This document shows, one piece after another, positions 27,008-36,616 of a stretch of 64,000 bases of DNA. The stretch is from Phormidesmis sp. (GTDB lineage: Bacteria; Cyanobacteriota; Cyanobacteriia; Leptolyngbyales; Leptolyngbyaceae), in NCBI GenBank assembly GCA_965248535.1, contig CBDFJR010000005.1, positions 2,240,001 through 2,304,000 of the forward strand. The letters are read 5' to 3'. Position 1 is the first letter of the stretch. Every line of letters starts with the position of its first letter. A program made the translations under genes and the position numbers. Below the pieces are notes generated by a model. That model made no database searches. It was not told the DNA's origin and worked only from the letters and a program-made list of their open reading frames with translations.

Positions 27008-28069
27008 ATGCGCTACAAACTATTAGGCAACAGCGGCTTGCGGGTTTCAGAACTTTGTCTCGGCACCATGACCTTCGGCGAAGATTGGGGCTGGGGCGCA
27101 TCACTAGACGAATGCAAAACCATCTATGAGGCATTCCGTGAGGCAGGTGGCAACTTCATCGACACTGCCAACATCTACACCAACGGCACCAGCGAGAAAT
27201 ATGTGGGTGAACTCATTGCTTCAGAGCGAGAGGCGATCGTCGTTGCCACTAAATACTCCAACGGCACACCCAGCGGCGATCCCAACGGCGCAGGCAACCA
27301 CCGCAAGCGCATGGTGCAATCCGTTGAAGCCAGTCTCAAGCGGCTGAATACTGACTACATTGATGTGCTGTGGGCCCACGCTTGGGACTTCACCACGCCG
27401 CCCGAAGAAGTGATGCGATCGTTCGATGATCTCGTCCGGGCAGGCAAAGTCCTATATATCGGCATCTCTGACGCTCCCGCTTGGGTCGTGGCGCAGTGCA
27501 ACACGATCGCCGATTTGCGCGGCTGGACACCGTTCATTGGTCTGCAAATTGAGTACAGTTTGCTTCAGCGCACCGTTGAACGCGAGCTACTGCCTATGGC
27601 GCGATCGCTGGATGTTGGCGTGACGGCTTGGTCGCCCTTGGCAAACGGTTGGCTGACGGGAAAATACACCAAAGATAACGGCAGTCAAGAACCGAAACGG
27701 CTGGATAGCGAAGGGATGTCTGACTTTGTGCAACAGAGTGATCGCAACCACGCGATCGCTCATGCCGTTGATGAGGTGGCGGCGAAAATTGGCTGTAGCT
27801 CGGCTCAGGTGGCGCTAAGTTGGCTGCTACATCAAGGCACAATCCCGATCGTCGGTGCCCGCAAAGCCGCGCAGGTAAAAGATAATCTCGACTGCGTAAA
27901 CGTGAAACTGTCGGAGCAGCAGTTAGCTCAACTTGATCGAGTGAGTCAAATTGAACTCGGCTTTCCCCATGATTTCTTTAATCAAGCAATGCCGCAGTCG
28001 TTTATTTTTGGTGGACAATTTCAGGCGATCGACAATCACCGCTACACGCAAATTCATTTGCCCTCGTAA
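27008..28069 (+). CDS. Aldo/keto reductase
   Basis: GLRVSELCLGTMTFG, IDTANIY, WSPLA. Confidence 0.93.
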   Translation: MRYKLLGNSGLRVSELCLGTMTFGEDWGWGASLDECKTIYEAFREAGGNFIDTANIYTNGTSEKYVGELIASEREAIVVATKYSNGTPSGDPNGAGNHRKRMVQSVEASLKRLNTDYIDVLWAHAWDFTTPPEEVMRSFDDLVRAGKVLYIGISDAPAWVVAQCNTIADLRGWTPFIGLQIEYSLLQRTVERELLPMARSLDVGVTAWSPLANGWLTGKYTKDNGSQEPKRLDSEGMSDFVQQSDRNHAIAHAVDEVAAKIGCSSAQVALSWLLHQGTIPIVGARKAAQVKDNLDCVNVKLSEQQLAQLDRVSQIELGFPHDFFNQAMPQSFIFGGQFQAIDNHRYTQIHLPS

Positions 28070-28089
28070 CGACTAACAGGAGAAGTTTT

Positions 28090-28638
28090 ATGTCCAATAC
28101 CATGACTGTGACTGAACTACTCGATCGCTACACCGCCGGAGAACGAGATTTTAGGGGCGCAGACCTAGGCGCGATCGCCATAAAGGAAGCAAGCTTGAAA
28201 GGAATTATCCTCCAGAGCGCGACCCTTTGCGATGCCAGCTTTCTCGAAACCGATTTAACAGCAGCGGATTTGAGCCGGGCGGACTTAACCCAAGCGAGCC
28301 TGCAAAAAGCCGACCTGACCGAGGCAAACTTAGAGAGCGCTAACTTACACAAAGCTGACATTCGAGAAGCCAAACTGCATGGCACCAAACTACAGGGTGC
28401 GAATTTAACATCGGCTAATCTTTCTAGTGCTGATTTGAGAGAAGCGGATCTGCGGAACGTGATTCTCTGCGGCGCTGACTTGATGCACACTAGTTTTTAC
28501 AAAGCTGATCTGCGCGGGGCTGATTTGCGCGGGGCTGACCTATTTCAAGTTCATCTCAAGGAGGCATATTTTGACGAAGCGACCCAATTTGACCCTGGGT
28601 TTGATGCCCTGGCGTTAGAGATGCAGCACTCAAAGTGA
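28090..28638 (+). CDS. Pentapeptide-repeat protein
   Basis: ELLDRYTAGERDF followed by A[D/N]LXX repeats. Confidence 0.92.
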   Translation: MSNTMTVTELLDRYTAGERDFRGADLGAIAIKEASLKGIILQSATLCDASFLETDLTAADLSRADLTQASLQKADLTEANLESANLHKADIREAKLHGTKLQGANLTSANLSSADLREADLRNVILCGADLMHTSFYKADLRGADLRGADLFQVHLKEAYFDEATQFDPGFDALALEMQHSK

Positions 28639-28724
28639 ACAGTGGCCACAGCGCTTTTGTCTGCATGTGCCTGAGCAAACACATCACTAGGAACATTAAT
28701 TGATGCTGTGTGTCGCAGATCTCT

Positions 28725-28800
28725 CTAAGCTTAAATTATTTCAACACTTGCCCCAAGAGCGACTAAGCTTAAATTATTTCAACACTTGCCCCAAGAGCGA
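28725..28800 (+). repeat. Exact 38-bp tandem duplication that frameshifts the 5' end of the kinase gene (ATG 28703)
   Basis: CTAAGCTTAAATTATTTCAACACTTGCCCCAAGAGCGA x2. Confidence 0.92.
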
Positions 28801-30135
28801 CTGCATTGGGTGTGCGATCGCGCTCAAAAGGTCGAGTTAGCTGCTGGCGAAGTTTTGGTGCAGGAAGGTGCTCTGGCACGAGGCGTGTTTGTTTTAATCG
28901 CGGGCCAAATTGGGATTACGCGGATCAGCGATGGCATAGATATCCCGATCGGGCAACACAAAGCGCCAGAATTTTTTGGAGAAGCGCCGATTCTCACTGA
29001 TGAACCCGTGCTCGTCACCTTACACGCAATCACAGACTGTCGGATTTACGAAATTGCGGGCGCTGATTTTCGCACCCTGCTGCACGAGTGTCGAGATTTT
29101 GAGCGGGCTGTGTTTCGGGTCATGGCGCGGCGGCTGCGCGGGGTCGAATCGTTTGTGCGCGGTCGAGAAAAGATGGCAGCCTTGGGAACGCTCTCGGCTG
29201 GGTTAGCTCACGAGTTGAATAATCCGGCCGCTGCTGTAGTCCATGCCCTCAGAGATGTGATTCCAGCAATCATGGAGCTACAGCGCATGAACTTGGTCTA
29301 CGGACAGCACCAGATTGAGGCAGCGCATACTCGCCAGTGGGAGCAAGTTCGTGACGATGGCTATGAGATGATCCTGCACGATCGTGTGGATGCGATGAAA
29401 CTCAGCGATCGTGAGGAAGAGTTGCTAGAGTGGCTGGAAATCTATGGGGTTGCCAATGCCTGGAACGTGGCGGAACCGTTAGCGATCGGCGGTGTGACCA
29501 TAAAAACATTAGACACGCTCACGGCCCGCTGGCGAGATGACCCCACAGAATTCAGGGATCTGGGCGTGCGCTGGCTGGCACTCTCGTTTGATGTGATGTC
29601 GATGATTAAGAGCGGGCTACGCGGGGCAGAACGAATTTCTGAACTGGTGCAATCGATGAAGGCCTACTCCTATCTGGATCAGGGTGTGCAGCAAGTGGTA
29701 GATGTGCATCAGGGGATTGAGGACACGCTGCAAATCTTTTCACATCGGCTCAAACCAGGAATTGAAGTGCGCCGTTGCTACGATCGCAGCCTGCCCCAAA
29801 TCAACGCTTATGGTAGTGAACTGAATCAGGTGTGGACGCACTTAATTGACAATGCGATCGATGCAATGAATGGCAACGGGAATCTCAAAATTACAACAGC
29901 GCGGGATGGCAACTCGGTTTGTGTCGAAATCACAGATTCGGGCACGGGCATTCCCCCTGAGATCCAATCGCGCATCTTTGAGTCTTTCTTTACTACCAAG
30001 CCTGTGGGCCAAGGTACTGGGTTGGGGTTGGATATTGTCAGGCGGATTGTGGAAAATCGTCACCAAGGCACGATCGCCCTAGAGTCACAGCCGGGTGAAA
30101 CGCGCTTCTCCGTTCGCTTACCTTTGGCGACCTGA
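28786..30135 (+). CDS. cNMP-binding-domain histidine kinase (5' end frameshifted; possibly a pseudogene)
   Basis: N-terminal cNMP fold (FFGE), AGLAHELNNP, NQVW..LIDNA, FTTK..GQGTGLGL. Confidence 0.85.
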   Translation: MPQERLHWVCDRAQKVELAAGEVLVQEGALARGVFVLIAGQIGITRISDGIDIPIGQHKAPEFFGEAPILTDEPVLVTLHAITDCRIYEIAGADFRTLLHECRDFERAVFRVMARRLRGVESFVRGREKMAALGTLSAGLAHELNNPAAAVVHALRDVIPAIMELQRMNLVYGQHQIEAAHTRQWEQVRDDGYEMILHDRVDAMKLSDREEELLEWLEIYGVANAWNVAEPLAIGGVTIKTLDTLTARWRDDPTEFRDLGVRWLALSFDVMSMIKSGLRGAERISELVQSMKAYSYLDQGVQQVVDVHQGIEDTLQIFSHRLKPGIEVRRCYDRSLPQINAYGSELNQVWTHLIDNAIDAMNGNGNLKITTARDGNSVCVEITDSGTGIPPEIQSRIFESFFTTKPVGQGTGLGLDIVRRIVENRHQGTIALESQPGETRFSVRLPLAT

Positions 30136-30218
30136 AACCGCAGGTATCATTCCCCCTGTAGAAGGTTGGTTATTTGTGATAGAAGGAATCAACAAACCCA
30201 CGATCGCAGGTAATTCTC

Positions 30219-31925
30219 ATGGCTAAACCCGTTATTCTGACCGTGGATGATGATCCAGAAGTTTTGCAAGCTGTGGCGCGAGATCTGCGGCAGCAGTATG
30301 GCGATCGCTTTCGGATCATGCGCGCTGACTCTGGGGCGGCGGCGATCGATACTACCCAAAAGCTTAAACTCCGCAACGAACCCGTTGCCCTGTTTCTAGT
30401 CGATCAGCGGATGCCTCAGATGAATGGAGTCGAGTTTCTAGAGCAGGCGTTAGCGATTTTCCCAAACGCAAAACGGGCGCTGCTGACGGCTTATGCTGAT
30501 ACGGATGCGGCGATTCGCGCTATCAACAGCACGCAAATTGATTACTACTTGCTGAAGCCGTGGAACCCGCCCGAAGAAAAGCTCTATCCGGTCTTAAATG
30601 ATCTGCTCGATGATTGGTTTGCCAACTTTCGTCCCACCTTTGAAGGCATTCGCGTGATTGGCAATCGCTGGTCGCCGCAGTCGCACGATATGAAAGACTT
30701 TTTAGCGCGAAACCAGATTCCGTATCAATGGTTGGACATTGAGTTGTCCGAAGAAGCACAAAAGTTAGCGGACTTTGCACAGGGCGATCCTGCGGAGCTT
30801 GGCGAAGCCAATCGCCTCTCTTTGCCTCTAGTTCTCTTTGCGGATGGCAGTAGCTTGCTGCAACCCTCGATCGCCCAAGTTGCCGAGAAGATTGGACTCC
30901 GCACCCAAGCCGAGAAGCCGTTCTATGACTTGATTATTGTCGGTGGTGGCCCTGCCGGACTCGCGGCGGCTGTGTATGGCGCATCGGAAGGACTGAAAAC
31001 GGTAATGATCGAACGCGAAGCCCCCGGAGGACAAGCCGGAACCAGTTCACGGATTGAAAACTACTTAGGTTTCCCATCAGGCTTAAGCGGCAACGATTTA
31101 GCCCGTCGGGCCGTGACGCAAGCGAGACGGTTTGGGGTCGAAATTCTCAGTCCCCAAGAAGTGACAGGACTGCGGGTGGCAGATCCCTACCGTTTTATTA
31201 CTTTGTCTGACGGCAGTGAAATTAGTTGCCATGCCATGATTCTGGCGTTGGGCGTGTCGTGGAAACGGCTCGATGTGCCGGGACTCGATCGCCTTACTGG
31301 AGCAGGAGTTTACTATGGCGCGGCTCAAACCGAGGCGCTGACCTGTAAGAATGAGGATGTTTACATCGTTGGCGGTGCTAACTCTGCCGGACAAGCGGCA
31401 ATGTATTTCTCGAAGTATGCGCGGCAAGTAACGATGCTCGTGCGGGGTGAGTCGCTGACCAAAAGTATGTCGCAGTATTTGATTGAGCAGATTGCCGAAA
31501 CGCCCAACATTACCGTACAGACGCATTCGGGTGTGGTGGAAGCCAAAGGGGAGACGAGTTTGAAAGCGATCGTGATTGAGAACGCGCTCACAGGTGAAAC
31601 TGCAACCGTTCCCGCTGTGTCATTGTTTATCTTTATTGGTGCGGTTCCGCGCACAGAATGGCTTGATGGCTTGGTGGAGCGGGACGATCGTGGTTTTGTG
31701 ATCACCGGCCCTGACCTGAAAAGTGGAGACAGACGATCGAGCGCTCATCGTCCCAAAGGGTGGCGGCTCGATCGTGATCCTTATTTGCTGGAAACCAACA
31801 TTCCTGGTGTGTTCGCCGTGGGCGATGTGCGGCATGGCTCCATCAAGCGCGTAGCATCAGGAGTCGGTGAGGGTTCCATCTGCGTGCAGTTCGTGCATCA
31901 ATATCTCGCCAATGTTGGGTCTTGA
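30219..31925 (+). CDS. Receiver domain fused to a thioredoxin-reductase-like FAD oxidoreductase
   Basis: VDDD...DQRMP...LKPW receiver; GGGPAG, GGANSAG, FAVGD; GVYYGAA where TrxB has CxxC. Confidence 0.9.
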   Translation: MAKPVILTVDDDPEVLQAVARDLRQQYGDRFRIMRADSGAAAIDTTQKLKLRNEPVALFLVDQRMPQMNGVEFLEQALAIFPNAKRALLTAYADTDAAIRAINSTQIDYYLLKPWNPPEEKLYPVLNDLLDDWFANFRPTFEGIRVIGNRWSPQSHDMKDFLARNQIPYQWLDIELSEEAQKLADFAQGDPAELGEANRLSLPLVLFADGSSLLQPSIAQVAEKIGLRTQAEKPFYDLIIVGGGPAGLAAAVYGASEGLKTVMIEREAPGGQAGTSSRIENYLGFPSGLSGNDLARRAVTQARRFGVEILSPQEVTGLRVADPYRFITLSDGSEISCHAMILALGVSWKRLDVPGLDRLTGAGVYYGAAQTEALTCKNEDVYIVGGANSAGQAAMYFSKYARQVTMLVRGESLTKSMSQYLIEQIAETPNITVQTHSGVVEAKGETSLKAIVIENALTGETATVPAVSLFIFIGAVPRTEWLDGLVERDDRGFVITGPDLKSGDRRSSAHRPKGWRLDRDPYLLETNIPGVFAVGDVRHGSIKRVASGVGEGSICVQFVHQYLANVGS

Positions 31926-31956
31926 AGTCAGGTGACCACGACGTAAGGGGGCAACT

Positions 31957-32865
31957 ATGGGATTAGAAGGAAAATCAAGTTTAATAGGAACGCCAGCAGC
32001 AGACCTCGAAATCGATATAAGCCTGGTCTACAGTTTATTGGCAGACCAGCTTCCCGATCTGATGCATCTACCAATTCGTAGGGTTGATGCGGGTTGGGAT
32101 AATGTCATGTTTCGGCTGGGTGACGAGCTTTCTGTACGACTTCCACGCCGAAAAGTAGCAGCGACACTGATCGAAAATGAGCAAACTTGGCTGCCGCTCC
32201 TCGCCGATCATCTGTTGATCTCTGTGCCCACTCCTTACAGATTCGGCCAACCAGCGCTAGGTTACCCCTGGCGCTGGAGTGTATTACCATGGCTGGCGGG
32301 CATGCCTGCTGATCAAGATGAACCTCATGTAAATCAAGCCAAACGCTTTGCGTTATTTCTACGGTCATTGCATGTACCTGCACCATTCAATGCACCTCTC
32401 AATGCAGTGCGCGGCGTACCGTTGATTCAACGGGCGGCTTCCGTAGAAGAGCGAATGCAACGACTGGATACAAAAACGAGTCTGATCACGCCAACGATCA
32501 AAAACATTTGGGATATAGCGTTGAACACGCCCATTGATGTTGAGGCAAAATGGCTGCATGGTGACCTTCACCCACGCAATATCCTGGTCGAAAAGGGTGT
32601 AATTACAGCCGTCATTGATTGGGGCGACATTACATCAGGCGATATTGCAACAGACCTTGCTTCGATCTGGATGCTCTTTCCCAATCAAGATATACGCCGA
32701 CAAGCGATCGCAGAATACGGCAATGTTTCTAACGCAACTCTACAACGCGCTAAAGGATGGGCAATACTTTTTGGTGTCATGCTGCTGGATACAGGACTAG
32801 TTGATCAGCCAAGGCACGCGATCATCGGAGAAAGGACATTACGTCGTGTTCTTGAGGATGGATAA
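31957..32865 (+). CDS. Aminoglycoside phosphotransferase-family protein
   Basis: GWDN, VRLPR, LHGDLHPRN, VIDWGD. Confidence 0.88.
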   Translation: MGLEGKSSLIGTPAADLEIDISLVYSLLADQLPDLMHLPIRRVDAGWDNVMFRLGDELSVRLPRRKVAATLIENEQTWLPLLADHLLISVPTPYRFGQPALGYPWRWSVLPWLAGMPADQDEPHVNQAKRFALFLRSLHVPAPFNAPLNAVRGVPLIQRAASVEERMQRLDTKTSLITPTIKNIWDIALNTPIDVEAKWLHGDLHPRNILVEKGVITAVIDWGDITSGDIATDLASIWMLFPNQDIRRQAIAEYGNVSNATLQRAKGWAILFGVMLLDTGLVDQPRHAIIGERTLRRVLEDG

Positions 32866-32948
32866 CAGACTAGGCGAACGTTTCTCCTGCTCACTGGCAA
32901 TTAACCTTCCGTATACAGGATTCTCTCTAGAGAAATATCCTTCTGCTT

Positions 32949-34328
32949 ATGCAAATGAATTCCTTACGACAAATCCCCCTGTTCTCAAACCTCAGTGATG
33001 ATCAGCTACAGTGCATTGCGGGACTGGGAACCGAAATCAAGCTCGACTCTGGCACTCAAATTGCCAACCAGGGTGATCCGCCGGATGGGTTCTACATTAT
33101 TCTGCAAGGTCAAACCGAATGGACTCGCAACATCGGTGGAGAAGTCGTTCCGGCAGTGACATTAGGCGCGGGAGAGGTGTTTTCTGAACTAATTTTGCTG
33201 TTGGATGAGCCATATCCCACCAGTGGCAAGGCGGTCACTGAGGTGCAATTGTATAAGCTCACACCGGATGACTTTTGGAAAATGCTGTCACTGTGTCCTG
33301 GTGTAATGCGGCGCATTCTTAAAATTGCCGTGCAGCGATCGCAAATCCATGAAACTGTCACCCAACAGCAGGCAAAGTTAATCTCCCTCGGCACGTTATC
33401 GGCGGGTCTTGCCCACGAGTTAAACAACCCTGCCGCCGCCGTCCGCAGCAACGTCAACAACCTAGAAGCCGCTTTGCAAACTTTGCCTTCGCTGGCACTC
33501 AAACTGCACCAACAGCCAATGACCGAGGAGCAGATTACTTTTCTGAGCGACTTGTATCAAAGAGCGACGACGGCTGCGCTCAATGCCACACCACTGGATG
33601 CGATCGCTCAAAGTGAAGCCGAAGATACGATCGCCGACTGGCTCGAAGCCCATGAGGTGGCGAATGCCTGGAAGCTTGCACCCATGCTGGTGACAGCCGG
33701 ACTGGACACAGTGCAGTTGGATGATCTGACCACCCATGTTACCTTCGATTGTTTAAGCTGTGTGTTGACCTGGCTGGAAACCACTCTCACAGGCATCAAG
33801 CTATTAGAAGACATCAAGCTTGGCTCTACGCGGATTTCAGAACTCATTACCGCGATGAAAAACTACTCCTACATGGATCAAGCCTCACTGCAAGAAATCG
33901 ATGTACACGAAGGCATTGAGAACACGCTGATCATCCTAAAGCACAAGCTGAAGTATGGCATGGTAGTGGAGCGCGAATACGGTAAGTTACCTCGCATCTG
34001 TGCCTACGGGCCACAACTCAATCAGGTATGGACAAATTTAATTGACAATGCCGTTGATGCTACTAACGGCAAAGGACATTTGTGGATTCGGACATCCCTA
34101 GAAGCGGAGTATATTCTAGTAGAAATTGCTGATGATGGGGCTGGGATTCCGGCTGGGGTACGATCGCGCATCTTCGATCAGTTCTTCACGACTAAAGACG
34201 TGGGCAAAGGCACTGGTTTAGGACTCGACATCGCCCGTCGCATTGTGGTTGGACAGCACAAGGGTAAGATCAGCGTTGAATCCCAACCGGGCGATACTCG
34301 CTTTCAAGTGCGGCTGCCCATCAATTGA
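32949..34328 (+). CDS. cNMP-binding-domain histidine kinase
   Basis: LRQIPLFSNLS cNMP N-terminus, AGLAHELNNP, FTTKDVGKGTGLGL. Confidence 0.92.
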   Translation: MQMNSLRQIPLFSNLSDDQLQCIAGLGTEIKLDSGTQIANQGDPPDGFYIILQGQTEWTRNIGGEVVPAVTLGAGEVFSELILLLDEPYPTSGKAVTEVQLYKLTPDDFWKMLSLCPGVMRRILKIAVQRSQIHETVTQQQAKLISLGTLSAGLAHELNNPAAAVRSNVNNLEAALQTLPSLALKLHQQPMTEEQITFLSDLYQRATTAALNATPLDAIAQSEAEDTIADWLEAHEVANAWKLAPMLVTAGLDTVQLDDLTTHVTFDCLSCVLTWLETTLTGIKLLEDIKLGSTRISELITAMKNYSYMDQASLQEIDVHEGIENTLIILKHKLKYGMVVEREYGKLPRICAYGPQLNQVWTNLIDNAVDATNGKGHLWIRTSLEAEYILVEIADDGAGIPAGVRSRIFDQFFTTKDVGKGTGLGLDIARRIVVGQHKGKISVESQPGDTRFQVRLPIN

Positions 34329-34509
34329 TCGAGCAAAACTTTGTCGTTTGTGAGACGTGTTGTGAAATAAAATGCTTTTGTGAACAGGGTTTGCTTCCCT
34401 TTCCCTCTGGTTAAGCAGCCATGAGGTGGAAGTTCCATAACCCAGTCGCCGTGAGCATCAGATGGCCATCGAAATCAGTCAGGCGATTCTTGTAAATCGC
34501 ACTCACTGC

Positions 34510-34769
34510 CCCGTAGCGCTTGACTGTTGAATCGGACGTTTCGTGTCGTCAATCATCACCCGCTTCACGCCTAGAAATCGTGCCACAAACTGCTCAACGC
34601 TCTCTAACTTGCGCTCTGGCAGGGCGAGTTGCTTGCCCAATGCCGTCTCTAAAAGCGGTTGTAAGCGATGCAACCAGCGATTGGCTTAGGAGCGGTCGAG
34701 GTCAAACAGAATCCCAGCTAAGTCAAAGGTGAGATAGCACTTGAAATAGAACAACACAAAAAACAACTG
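34510..34769 (-). pseudogene. IS5-like (DDE_Tnp_4-type) transposase internal remnant with in-frame stop
   Basis: Minus frame LFFVLFYFKCYLTFDLAGILFDLDRS*ANRWLHRLQPLLETALGKQLALPERKLES...RVMIDDTKRPIQ. Confidence 0.7.
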
Positions 34770-34820
34770 ATGGTCAATTCCTGTGGGTAGAAAATTCACA
34801 TTGGGTTGGTGCGGTAATCC

Positions 34821-35228
34821 TCAAAAGTTGCCTTCTTGCAAATACCCTTCCAATTCTTGAATCTGTTGCTTGGTTAGTCTCGCCATGCAATTGCTGTAGA
34901 CCATCGGCGCGATCGACCCGCCTGCAAATCGACTCCTGGAAAATGCACAGCTAGCATCTCGGTATTTGATCCAGGCTTCTTCTGCGTTAACCAACTGCAA
35001 GTCTAGTTGCGTTCCTCGATTCTTTCGGAGTCGCTGGTAGACCTGATTTAATTGTCGATCAGCCTCTCCAGCGCTGAGAGATGCACATTGATTCAGTTCC
35101 AGTTGAGTCTGCGCCTTTTGGCAGTTTAATGGTTGGGCCACTGCATCTGACGGGCTAAACCCTATCATTACAGTGATACCTACCATTCCACCTGCTAAAG
35201 CTGAATTTGTGAACCACTGGCGTTTCAT
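34821..35228 (-). CDS. LprI (DUF1311) lysozyme-inhibitor-family secreted protein
   Basis: Signal peptide; C..AQTQLELNQC...AD..LN..Y...AW..YRD..C; RBS GGAG before MKRQW. Confidence 0.85.
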   Translation of the reverse strand: MKRQWFTNSALAGGMVGITVMIGFSPSDAVAQPLNCQKAQTQLELNQCASLSAGEADRQLNQVYQRLRKNRGTQLDLQLVNAEEAWIKYRDASCAFSRSRFAGGSIAPMVYSNCMARLTKQQIQELEGYLQEGNF

Positions 35229-35422
35229 AAGTGTCTCCTTGAGATCAAAAGCTTTTGAAGCCTGATTTGAATGAGCCTTTGCTGTTGACTCTATCACCTT
35301 AGTTGTTGCGGGTAAAATAGGTTTGTCTGAGTCGATCAAGAAAGGTCTAAATCTAGACACTGAGCGATCGCCACTGCCACGACTAAATACACGCAATCAT
35401 GAATCGAGTACCATCAATTCCT

Positions 35423-35510
35423 ATGCATGACAGTTCTCAAACCATTCAACTTCTGGCAATTTCAGGTAGCCTGCGTCAGGTTTCCTCTAAATACTGCCCT
35501 GCTGCAACTT
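35423..35510 (+). pseudogene. NADPH-dependent FMN reductase N-terminal remnant
   Basis: IQLLAISGSLRQVSS, then a frameshift to NTALLQ, then truncation. Confidence 0.6.
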
Positions 35511-35754
35511 ACCCCTCGAAGACGATCGAGTACAGTGTCACAGCGGCTCAAACTCCGAAACTGCGGACTTGCTGGCATGAGGTCAGTCAACGGCCCAGCA
35601 TCCAGAAAGTCTGTGCCTAGGGTCTGGGCATCTCTCTAAAGGCTAAAGACAAAGTGACATCAATTGAATCACACTGATGTTCAAGCCATTCGGTGATGAT
35701 TCAGTACTTCGTAGTACTTTCCATGTAGGTTTCAGAATAGTTTCAAGGATTGTT

Positions 35755-36561
35755 ATGCAACGACGAGATTTACTATTAGCCGGAACAGGTTTGCTAGGAA
35801 CGTTGGCTGTGCAAGGGGTCGCAATGGCTAAACCCCGTGGACAGACGGTGCAGTTGGGCAACAAGGCCCAATCTCTGCAAGCTTATTACGTGGCTCCGGT
35901 AGGAACCAAAAAGGCTCCAGCGATCGTGGTCTTCATGGAAGCCTTTGGCTTAAATGAGAATATCAAGGGCTTTTGCGATCGGTTAGCAGATCAGGGCTAT
36001 GTCGCGATCGCGCCGGATATCTATCACGGTCAGGTCTTTCCCTATTCCGATCTCCAGGGAGCGATCGCCAAGCTGAAAACCCTAAACGATGATGCCGTGA
36101 TGCAGGAGTTTGGTCAGAGCTTAGAGTTTCTGCAAACTCGCCCAGAAGTGCGCTCTGGCGGCATCGGAGTCACAGGTTTTTGCATGGGAGGTCGCTACAC
36201 TTTTTTGGCGAATGAGGTGTATGCGACGCAGATTAAGGCGGCGGTGTCGTTTTATGGCGGGGGCATTGCGTCAACCAACGATATAGCGGGTCGCCAGAGT
36301 CTGTTAAGTCGGGTTTCAGCAATGGAGGCACCCTTGATGCTGATGTATGGCAGCGAGGACACTTATATTGTGGCAGACGAGCATCAGCGCATTGCGAAGG
36401 CGTTATCTGTTGCCAAGAAACGCTACAGCATGAACGTTTTTGCTGGGGCGGGTCATGGCTTTATGAGCGATCGACGGGATAGCTACAATCCAGCGGCTGC
36501 GGCAGAGGCTGCCGCAATGATGATGGCATTCTTCGATCGGCATCTGACTAAACAGAGCTAG
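35755..36561 (+). CDS. Dienelactone hydrolase-family protein with Tat-like signal
   Basis: MQRRDLLL signal; EAFGLN, GFCMGG, GAGHGF. Confidence 0.9.
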   Translation: MQRRDLLLAGTGLLGTLAVQGVAMAKPRGQTVQLGNKAQSLQAYYVAPVGTKKAPAIVVFMEAFGLNENIKGFCDRLADQGYVAIAPDIYHGQVFPYSDLQGAIAKLKTLNDDAVMQEFGQSLEFLQTRPEVRSGGIGVTGFCMGGRYTFLANEVYATQIKAAVSFYGGGIASTNDIAGRQSLLSRVSAMEAPLMLMYGSEDTYIVADEHQRIAKALSVAKKRYSMNVFAGAGHGFMSDRRDSYNPAAAAEAAAMMMAFFDRHLTKQS

Positions 36562-36616
36562 TCAGTTGAGAGCGTTGTCATACCCTTTAGACTTCTAAAC
36601 TTATAGATTTGCACCC

